This document shows, in pieces, positions 24,277 to 29,942 of a DNA stretch of 34,160 bases. Both the position numbers and the translations under genes were made by a program. The stretch is from a virus, in the IMG/VR virus record IMGVR_UViG_3300022748_000034, positions 1-34,160 of that record. One strand, written 5' to 3'. The notes below the pieces were generated by a model that was not told where the DNA came from, searched no databases, and saw only the letters and a list, made by a program, of their open reading frames with translations. The number at the start of each line of letters is the position of its first letter. The first letter of the stretch is position 1.

Positions 24277-24445
24277 GTCGTTCCTTTCTGTAGTGATAGC
24301 GGGCAAACTCTTTGCCGTGTTGACTAACCATTTCTGTATGGATGGGATGTCCCTGCCTACGCAGATACTCGATATGTGCCGCAAGGCGAAAGGAGCCATA
24401 GCGTTCTAGTGCCTCCTTTGGCGTCAGCGGCCCAACGTCCTGCAA
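24269..24445 (-). CDS. Small winged-helix/HTH DNA-binding protein (58 aa, non-ATG start)
   Basis: Frame translation (L/M)QDVGPLTPKEALERYGSFRLAAHIEYLRRQGHPIHTEMVSQHGKEFARYHYRKERHV. The pattern xTxxEAxxxxGxxRLAARIxxLRxxGxxI is a common phage HTH. TTG at 24445 lies after GAGG. Its stop overlaps the ssb-like ATG. The exact start is uncertain. Confidence 0.45.
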   Translation of the reverse strand: MQDVGPLTPKEALERYGSFRLAAHIEYLRRQGHPIHTEMVSQHGKEFARYHYRKERHV

Positions 24446-24450
24446 GTGCC

Positions 24451-25299
24451 TCAGAATGTTTCCTCGCTGGCTTCCGAGCCTGCTGCTGACAGGGACTGTG
24501 GCGGCTTTGGGTTTGTGGTCACTCCTACCTTGACCAGCTCGGCTCGAATGCGAATCTTCTGCTCAGCAGTAAAGCCCTCTGTGACCGCTTTATTTGCCTC
24601 TGCAAGCCCCTTCATCTTGTCTTCCTTCTCTTGAGGCGTGAGCTTGGCAGAAGCGGCTATACGCCCCGCCAGAGCAGCGTAGGCGGCTGTCCAATCTTCT
24701 ACGCTTGTGTGTCGGCTAAACGGCTCGGCCGTTCCGGGGACGTATATTGGAAATGCACCGTCCTCGATTTCTTGGTCAACGATTTCCACAGCGCCCATGT
24801 CTTTGGGTGCAGACTCTTTCTGCTCTGGCGCAAAATCTTGGACTTCTTCAGGTGTATATACGCCCACAACGCATCCGGGGTATACAGCCCTAATGCCCTC
24901 CGAAATGCACCGCGCACGGAGCATTGCTCGCGGGTAATTCTTCCAGTTGTCTTTCGACGCAATGCCAATCTGCTTGGCCTTTGCGAGTGTCCAAGAGACG
25001 CTAAGTGAGCCGCCTGACGGATGAGAAAATACCCCCTCAACTCGCTCATCTGTGTACTCCTTCCATTCGACTTTGCCACCGGCCTGCTGGAAGCGAGCGA
25101 GCATGGCATCTGACTTGAGGGCAGGACGCCCATTGATAACGTGATAGTCACGCATGGCTATGCCTGGATGCAGACCTTCTGCTTGGCACAGCACCATGAT
25201 TGCGAGGGCTTCCTCAACATTCTTGAAGTTGAACATGCGGCTCTTGGCTGCTACCTCAGCCATCTGCGACATGTCTTGGTAGGGAATCAATTGACTCAT
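24451..25299 (-). CDS. recT: RecT-family single-strand annealing protein
   Basis: 282 aa from ATG 25299 (AGTGAGGTTCAC box directly upstream). Has EEALAIMVLCQAEGLHPGIAMRDYHVINGRPALKSDAM ... NWKNYPRAMLRARCISEGIRAVYP and is paired with a YqaJ-type exonuclease. Confidence 0.65.
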   Translation of the reverse strand: MSQLIPYQDMSQMAEVAAKSRMFNFKNVEEALAIMVLCQAEGLHPGIAMRDYHVINGRPALKSDAMLARFQQAGGKVEWKEYTDERVEGVFSHPSGGSLSVSWTLAKAKQIGIASKDNWKNYPRAMLRARCISEGIRAVYPGCVVGVYTPEEVQDFAPEQKESAPKDMGAVEIVDQEIEDGAFPIYVPGTAEPFSRHTSVEDWTAAYAALAGRIAASAKLTPQEKEDKMKGLAEANKAVTEGFTAEQKIRIRAELVKVGVTTNPKPPQSLSAAGSEASEETF

Positions 25300-25306
25300 G
25301 TGAACC

Positions 25307-25393
25307 TCACTTAAAGTAGTCAACAAGGGTGATTAGAAAGTCCAGGCTGGACGTAATAGCCATCACCCAAACGGCTATATCGGTTGAAGTCAT
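25307..25393 (-). CDS. Hydrophobic micro-protein (28 aa)
   Basis: ATGA-coupled to the upstream gene. Translation MTSTDIAVWVMAITSSLDFLITLVDYFK. Its stop lies in the recT SD box. Confidence 0.35.
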   Translation of the reverse strand: MTSTDIAVWVMAITSSLDFLITLVDYFK

Positions 25394-25629
25394 TTCTTCT
25401 GAGCCTTGAATATGGCGTACTCAGCAGTTGTTTTTGCGCCGACTTCAATGGTAATTTTCATCACTGGATTGCTGTCAATCCATATAGGGATTGAGTAGCT
25501 GTCCGGCACAGGCACTTCTGCGTTGTTGTAAGCCGACACTGTTCTTGCAATGATGTCAGATGCCGCCTCGTACAGCTTGTGCATCGGATGCTCTTTTGAG
25601 ACATTGCCCTTCACTTTTACGGATTTCAT
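25390..25629 (-). CDS. Hypothetical protein (79 aa)
   Basis: ATG preceded by AGTGAGG. No recognisable motif. Confidence 0.6.
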   Translation of the reverse strand: MKSVKVKGNVSKEHPMHKLYEAASDIIARTVSAYNNAEVPVPDSYSIPIWIDSNPVMKITIEVGAKTTAEYAIFKAQKK

Positions 25630-25636
25630 GCTGGCC

Positions 25637-26527
25637 TCACTTGACTAGGAAGCGCCGTGAACCGGCCTTCTCAACAACGAACTGGTCATACATGGCGGGG
25701 TTGGCTGCCTGAAAGAGCTTGGCATCGAAGGCTTTGCTTGCCTTGGCTGACTTCCAGGTGCAGAGGATTTCCCCGTCCACAGTGGTCAGCGTGTCAGCAT
25801 CCCCGAGGTAGCCTTGTAGGGCTGCCTGGAACGCTGCCTCACGTTCCTCTAGGGCTTTGATTTCAGCCTTGATGAGCTTGAGTGTCTTGGCTGCTTGCTC
25901 AACAGTGCCGGTGGCTGTCTTCACAGAGTCCTTGCTGACAGGGAACATCAGCTTGGCCTGCTCAACGTCTTCCGGTGCGTAGGGTGTCTGAGCCTGGATG
26001 CGCCCCCAATGCTCAGCCATGCGCTGAATCAGCTCGTCCTTCTGCTCGTCATGGATGTCGAAAGGGAACAAGACAAACTCCTGACCGCCGAATAGGACAG
26101 CCAGATAAATCTTGTCCACACCGAACACGGCCGCCTCATGTATGAGTTGCGCCATGTCAGCTGGAGGAATGACGCTGCCATCGAACTTGCCGCGTACAGC
26201 TGCTGAATAGTTCTTAGCTTCCACAAGGACGGTCTTGCCGTTCTCTTTGCCAGCAAAGTCAAAGTGCGACTTGAACCAGGGATGCTTAGGATGGACAAGG
26301 GACTCCTCCACTTTGGTTAGCTCAATCTTGAGCCTGTCCTGGGCTAGTCTACCGATGACAGGTTCCATGACATGTCCCATCTGAACAGCCTCTACGTCAG
26401 ACAAGTCAGGGATAGGTAATTTCCCTAGCTTGGTCAGGATGACCTCGTTGGCTTTCCCATTGGCTGCCTTGCGGGAGTCACCAGACCACCAAGCTGAGTT
26501 ACGGGTTTCGGGGCTGAAGTCACTCAT
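25637..26527 (-). CDS. YqaJ/lambda-Exo-like PD-(D/E)xK exonuclease
   Basis: 296 aa. Has GHVMEPVIGRL, then HFDFAGKENGKTVLVEAKN (D...ExK) and QLIHEAAVFG. Sits upstream of recT. Confidence 0.7.
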   Translation of the reverse strand: MSDFSPETRNSAWWSGDSRKAANGKANEVILTKLGKLPIPDLSDVEAVQMGHVMEPVIGRLAQDRLKIELTKVEESLVHPKHPWFKSHFDFAGKENGKTVLVEAKNYSAAVRGKFDGSVIPPADMAQLIHEAAVFGVDKIYLAVLFGGQEFVLFPFDIHDEQKDELIQRMAEHWGRIQAQTPYAPEDVEQAKLMFPVSKDSVKTATGTVEQAAKTLKLIKAEIKALEEREAAFQAALQGYLGDADTLTTVDGEILCTWKSAKASKAFDAKLFQAANPAMYDQFVVEKAGSRRFLVK

Positions 26528-26786
26528 AAGCTACTCCCAAGCCGTTGGGCAGGATGACGATGTTTTCGGGGTTGGTGTTCTGGATGGTGTCCGGGGATTC
26601 CCAGAGCCGACCGGATTGGCCACAGCCAGTGCTACGGGCGTTAAAACAGGAAAGGTAGGGGTAGGCTATGTATTGCCCGTCAATCGGGCTTCTAGAGCCT
26701 TCTAGAGCCTTGCAAAGGCCCTTCTGAGCATCGTTAGGGAAGTCAGGGTTCGGCGTGTAGTGCCGGCAATCTATGCAGAGTTTCAT
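26520..26786 (-). CDS. Cys-rich small protein (possible zinc ribbon)
   Basis: 88 aa with CIDC ... C ... C ... C spacing. AGTGAGGTTCAC box directly upstream of the ATG. Confidence 0.55.
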   Translation of the reverse strand: MKLCIDCRHYTPNPDFPNDAQKGLCKALEGSRSPIDGQYIAYPYLSCFNARSTGCGQSGRLWESPDTIQNTNPENIVILPNGLGVAYE

Positions 26787-26834
26787 GTGAACCTCACTAT
26801 GGTTAGGGGATTAGAAGATTAGCAAAGGATAGGA

Positions 26835-27092
26835 TTAGGTGTCAAGTGGTTTGTTGCTCCTTGCTCTGATGGCGGAGGCGCAGTCTCTTGGCCCACTTGC
26901 TGAGTCAGGCTCGTCATCCCATCGCCACGTGTCGTGCTTGTCGTCACACACCTTCGCACACGCCTCACGCTCACGCTCGGCAACAAGTGCGGCGAAGCGG
27001 CGCAGGAAAACAATGTCCTTCTCTGGCGTTTCGGATAGCTCGGGAAAGGCTCCGGCCTCACGCGCCATGCGGATGATGTCATCTCTAGTCAT
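26835..27092 (-). CDS. Hypothetical early protein (85 aa)
   Basis: MTRDDIIRMAREAGAF... is an N-terminus common in small proteobacterial phage proteins. Confidence 0.6.
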   Translation of the reverse strand: MTRDDIIRMAREAGAFPELSETPEKDIVFLRRFAALVAEREREACAKVCDDKHDTWRWDDEPDSASGPRDCASAIRARSNKPLDT

Positions 27093-27119
27093 AGGTCACC
27101 GGTCAGCTCTAGGGCTAGG

Positions 27120-27320
27120 TCAATGAGGTAGCGAGGCACTGGCTGACTCTCCCTCACTTTGTCGAGCAGCTTGTTGGCTTCGTATGTGCTGTAGCTTGAC
27201 AAGCTCCAGGCAGCGTTGGGCCTCCCTGTAATGGTGCAGATACTCGATTTGGGGGTTGTCCTTGTACCTAGCTCGTAGTTCATCGACGCGACCTTTCAGA
27301 ATCTTGATTGCCTCGTTCAT
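27120..27320 (-). CDS. Hypothetical early protein (66 aa; C-terminus uncertain)
   Basis: ATGA-coupled to the alpha-CTD-like gene. The N-terminal 45 aa look helical and the last ~20 aa are low complexity. The +1-frame ORF 27089-27283 may supply the true C-terminus. Confidence 0.5.
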   Translation of the reverse strand: MNEAIKILKGRVDELRARYKDNPQIEYLHHYREAQRCLELVKLQHIRSQQAARQSEGESASASLPH

Positions 27321-27703
27321 AGGTTCTCCGTAGGGTGTTCACCGGGGAGGTATTTGCCGTGGGCTGCTAGCGTCTCTGCAAGCTCATTGACAGACTTCTT
27401 GCCCATATTGGGTATCTTCATCAATGCTCGGCGATTCATTTTGAGCAGCTTGTCCAGGCTGTCTACGCCCTCATCCCTCAGACAATGCAGCGTGCGTACA
27501 GTCAGATTGCGACTGAAGTCTTGCCATGCAGCAGCGGATTCCTTGTCGCCCTCTAGCTTGGCAACCTCCTCCTCGTCGTAGTAACCGAGCGCCCTAGCAA
27601 TGCACTGCGCTCTATTGACCAGCTCGTGCGTCTTGACATCCTGCCGGTGAGCAGCAAGAACACAGAACACTTGAAAGACCTTCTCTCTATCTAGTTTCAT
27701 CAT
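27317..27703 (-). CDS. Free-standing RNA polymerase alpha-subunit C-terminal-domain (alpha-CTD)-like protein
   Basis: 128 aa from ATG 27703 (GAGGG SD 5 nt upstream). NLTVRTLHCLRDEGVDSLDKLLKMNRRALMKIPNMGKKSVNELAETLAAHGKYL aligns to the RpoA CTD helix-hairpin-helix region. Confidence 0.6.
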   Translation of the reverse strand: MMKLDREKVFQVFCVLAAHRQDVKTHELVNRAQCIARALGYYDEEEVAKLEGDKESAAAWQDFSRNLTVRTLHCLRDEGVDSLDKLLKMNRRALMKIPNMGKKSVNELAETLAAHGKYLPGEHPTENL

Positions 27704-27736
27704 CGTCACCCTCTAAAAAAACCAATGCGTACCACA

Positions 27737-27755
27737 CTAGTCCATAGAGGACTAG
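27737..27755. promoter_or_regulatory. Perfect inverted repeat CTAGTCC-N5-GGACTAG in the leader of the alpha-CTD-like gene
   Basis: 7-bp arms read directly. The 9-mer CTAGTCCAT recurs at 29779-29787 upstream of the main early promoter. Confidence 0.4.
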
Positions 27756-27814
27756 CACCAGACTGAGGACTAACCAGTCAGTAAACATAAGCGACATGCT
27801 TGATGGTGAGCAAA

Positions 27815-27842
27815 GCCTAGCCCTCCCAAGCAAGGGCTAGGC
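27815..27842 (-). terminator. Intrinsic-terminator-like hairpin
   Basis: GCCTAGCCCT-N8-AGGGCTAGGC, a perfect 10-bp stem. On the minus strand it is followed by only TTTG, a short U-tract. Confidence 0.5.
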
Positions 27843-28104
27843 CTTCCACATGCTCGACGGAGCCGCACATGCCCGACAGCCGTTCGCTCAGAGCCGCTAT
27901 CTTCGCCAGCTCTCCCGGTGTCTCAGAGCTTTCCCACAGTACCGGGTTTCCCGCATCCCTGCCGTATGGGTCACCGACAGATGCGCGGTTGGCGTGGGCA
28001 ACAAAAAAGCCGTTAAGTTCTAGCCCCGGTGAGAAAACATCCTTGCGGGATGCCGCCCCAATGGGGCCAGGACTAGACTTAACGGCTCTCTGCTGGTTTC
28101 TCAC
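27817..28104 (-). CDS. Leaderless-type 95-aa ORF or non-coding structured transcript (unresolved)
   Basis: GTG start with no SD, ~6 nt from the predicted +1 of promoter 28118-28145. The stop codon lies inside the terminator stem. The 5' third carries a 14-bp long-range helix. Confidence 0.3.
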   Translation of the reverse strand: MRNQQRAVKSSPGPIGAASRKDVFSPGLELNGFFVAHANRASVGDPYGRDAGNPVLWESSETPGELAKIAALSERLSGMCGSVEHVEGLALAWEG

Positions 28105-28117
28105 GCCAACGCTCGCA

Positions 28118-28145
28118 AGTATATCGGGATGTTTGTGGCCGTCAA
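28118..28145 (-). promoter_or_regulatory. Sigma70-type promoter (minus strand)
   Basis: TTGACG (28145-28140), 16 nt, TATACT (28123-28118). Same -10 and spacing as the promoter at 29714-29741. Confidence 0.5.
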
Positions 28146-28225
28146 TACCCTAGCCAAAGCAGGGTGAACAACCCTACCAGGGCAGCTAGGCAAACAGCCA
28201 GTACAGCACGGTCACCGATGCTCAT
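28142..28225 (-). CDS. Hydrophobic micro-protein (27 aa, single TM)
   Basis: ATGA-coupled. Translation MSIGDRAVLAVCLAALVGLFTLLWLGY. Confidence 0.45.
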   Translation of the reverse strand: MSIGDRAVLAVCLAALVGLFTLLWLGY

Positions 28226-28383
28226 GGCTGCACCCTCTCTGCTAAGGGTTTCCAGCCATGCCGTCGCCATGTTTCCTGCACGTTGGTTTGTGCGGCGGGC
28301 GTGTACTTGAAGGACGGGTCGAGCAGTGACGGACGCACTGGTGGCTTCTGAGTGCGGGGTTGTTTCTTCAATTCGGGTTTCAT
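28222..28383 (-). CDS. Small basic early protein (53 aa)
   Basis: AGGAGAG SD. Translation MKPELKKQPRTQKPPVRPSLLDPSFKYTPAAQTNVQETWRRHGWKPLAERVQP. ATGA-coupled at both ends. Confidence 0.55.
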   Translation of the reverse strand: MKPELKKQPRTQKPPVRPSLLDPSFKYTPAAQTNVQETWRRHGWKPLAERVQP

Positions 28384-28544
28384 GCTTGCTCTCCTGTGGC
28401 CTTTGCGATTGCTTCGCGTGCGGCTTTCTTGGTCTTGCCGAAAGCGCGGCCAGCGAACACACCATCTACGCGGCGCACTGCAAACCATCCGCGCTGGCCG
28501 TTATATGTGACGGACTCGTATGTGTATGTAATCTTCATGTTCAT
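28380..28544 (-). CDS. Small early protein (54 aa)
   Basis: ATGA-coupled at both ends. Translation MNMKITYTYESVTYNGQRGWFAVRRVDGVFAGRAFGKTKKAAREAIAKATGEQA. Not in the track (<60 aa). Confidence 0.5.
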   Translation of the reverse strand: MNMKITYTYESVTYNGQRGWFAVRRVDGVFAGRAFGKTKKAAREAIAKATGEQA

Positions 28545-28828
28545 TCCCCAAGGGCTTTTGCGATAGCTGCGCGTGCGGCGGTCAAACTGTCAAGCTGTTG
28601 AGCCAGCTTCTTGTCCATGCGCTGACACATGACATACAGCAGGTCATCGGCGCATTGTTGCAGCGCCGCGAGTAAATCAGGCGCGGCGGCGATTAGCGCG
28701 GCATCAGCGGGATTGACACTTTGAACATCACCAACGACACCGCCACCGGCGCGAATAAACCAGTATGCGGGTTTGTTGTTTATCGTATCTTGTACTGTTG
28801 CAATCCAAGGGCCAGAAGTGTGGTTCAT
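28541..28828 (-). CDS. Hypothetical early protein (95 aa)
   Basis: ATG 28828 overlaps the upstream stop (ATGA). Has MNHTSGPW ... NPADAALIAAAPDLLAAL, a motif common in small phage proteins. Confidence 0.6.
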   Translation of the reverse strand: MNHTSGPWIATVQDTINNKPAYWFIRAGGGVVGDVQSVNPADAALIAAAPDLLAALQQCADDLLYVMCQRMDKKLAQQLDSLTAARAAIAKALGE

Positions 28829-29094
28829 GCTGCCTCCGCGTTGTGAAGCATGTGTTCTGCAATCTCGCGCCAATTGACGTCACTCAGGAAAGCAATCGCA
28901 TAGTCGCGTGCAACACCCTCAGAGCTAGTCATGAAGATTAAATCCTCAGCGTAAGCGCAGAGAGTTGAGGCCAGCTCATGCGGCTCATCGTAACCGTCGC
29001 CAGCAATATCGCTGGCTGTCAACCCGTCGAATATCTCTAGGTTGACGCGCCATGTGGCGTAGTTAGTCCAGCCGTTGTAGGTAGTGTCAGACAT
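28825..29094 (-). CDS. Highly acidic early protein (89 aa)
   Basis: Has YNGWTNYATWRVNLEIF. By my count there are 16 D/E against 3 R and no K. Confidence 0.6.
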   Translation of the reverse strand: MSDTTYNGWTNYATWRVNLEIFDGLTASDIAGDGYDEPHELASTLCAYAEDLIFMTSSEGVARDYAIAFLSDVNWREIAEHMLHNAEAA

Positions 29095-29167
29095 GGGAAC
29101 ATCCCTTCATGGTTAGCTGCAACATTGCAGCGCATAGGGCACTGTCACTGCCCTACACGCTGGATTG

Positions 29168-29383
29168 TCAGGCTGTAGCGAAAGAATCAAGCCATGCTTG
29201 CATCCGAGCAGCTCGACGAGCATGAAGGTCTATCTTGTGTTTTTCGTCCCGGATATGGCGCAACAGTGTTGCTTCGATGGTTTCGTCATCTTCCATCAAT
29301 AGGTCGGCACTGGCCCCGTCGCTATCTTCGATGATGAGATAGGTTGCAAAGCCTAGATGATGTGTGCGAATGGTAACTTGCAT
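29168..29383 (-). CDS. Hypothetical early protein (71 aa)
   Basis: ATG 29383 lies 1 nt after the AGTGAGGTTCAC box. The track start 29395 is a GTG inside that box. Confidence 0.6.
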   Translation of the reverse strand: MQVTIRTHHLGFATYLIIEDSDGASADLLMEDDETIEATLLRHIRDEKHKIDLHARRAARMQAWLDSFATA

Positions 29384-29455
29384 GGTGAACCTCACTCAGT
29401 AGATGATGCGACAGTGCATCTCATGGCGCACCAGGATGCGCCACAAGATGAATTG

Positions 29456-29665
29456 TCAAAGCATGATTGACGCCGGCGTGTTGCACGGCACAAGCCAACC
29501 GTCATAGTAACGCTGAGCACTTGCTTGGTCAGAGTAAATGCGCGTTGTCACTGTCTCGCCAGAATCAGCGTCAATTAGTCGAAAGATGAAGCGGTTACGC
29601 AGCTCGTCATGGTCGAGACGGACAATCATGTTGTCAATGAGCTGGTGGAGGTGGAGGTTTTGCAT
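29456..29665 (-). CDS. First early-left protein (69 aa)
   Basis: First ORF downstream of the promoter at 29714-29741. ATG at 29665; the track start 29674 is a GTG. Confidence 0.55.
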   Translation of the reverse strand: MQNLHLHQLIDNMIVRLDHDELRNRFIFRLIDADSGETVTTRIYSDQASAQRYYDGWLVPCNTPASIML

Positions 29666-29713
29666 GGTAGGCACTGCCTTTCGTGGTTGCGTCGTTCAAT
29701 CAACGACAGCACT

Positions 29714-29741
29714 AGTATAGACTAGTTAGAATGCTTGTCAA
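29714..29741 (-). promoter_or_regulatory. Main early leftward sigma70-type promoter
   Basis: Consensus TTGACA (29741-29736), 16 nt, TATACT (29719-29714). It sits ~40 nt upstream of the first early ORF. Confidence 0.6.
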
Positions 29742-29778
29742 CCCCTATCGCACTAGGTTTTACTAACTGTTGCACATG

Positions 29779-29850
29779 CTAGTCCATGACCTAGCATCTA
29801 GTAGAGGGTTACAATCTAGTTAACCTACATCTAGTGTGTGTATCTACTAG
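29779..29850. repeat. CTAG-rich iteron/operator cluster
   Basis: ATCTAGT at 29796, 29814 and 29829 (18- and 15-bp spacing), ATCTACTAG at 29842 and CTAGTCCAT at 29779. I counted 9 CTAG tetramers between 29712 and 29850. Confidence 0.6.
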
Positions 29851-29942
29851 ACTGTGAGCATGGTCGCTTGTCAGAAGTCCGGGGGGGCTGCCCCTATCCG
29901 TTCCCCCGGGTCGATAGGTTTTGCCTATGGGGTCTGGTCTGG

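Noticed and set aside
23453-24399. Track models with long N-terminal extensions (RusA from 23848, SSB-like from 24399; also 2175, 9731, 12424, 20529, 27709, 28465/28488, 28873, 29395, 29674)
   Set aside because: The extensions start at GTG/TTG or at ATGs without an SD, and they overlap better-supported upstream genes. Internal ATGs with an SD or ATGA/TGATG coupling give compact, non-overlapping models.
27089-27283. 64-aa ORF (MNYELGTRTTPKSS...) as an independent gene
   Set aside because: Its N-terminal half is T/S-rich junk overlapping the better ORF 27120-27320, and its ATG lacks an SD. Only its C-terminal ~30 aa look genuine, so it is reported as a possible frame-continuation issue rather than a gene.
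28009-28086. Possible tRNA
   Set aside because: On the plus strand a 7-bp acceptor-like stem, a D-arm-like TTCT/AGAA helix and an anticodon-like arm (loop CTTGCGG) can be drawn. However, there is no T-arm or T-loop, the 3' half does not fit a cloverleaf, and the plus strand is antisense to the predicted transcript here. I treat it as part of the structured region in the 27815-28145 cassette, not as a tRNA.
22710-29674. Temperate lifestyle (prophage) because of the RecT/Exo/RusA lambdoid-type module
   Set aside because: I could not find an integrase, excisionase, CI/Cro-type repressor pair or attP-like site, and the contig closes on itself. Lifestyle is therefore left open, leaning lytic or non-integrating.
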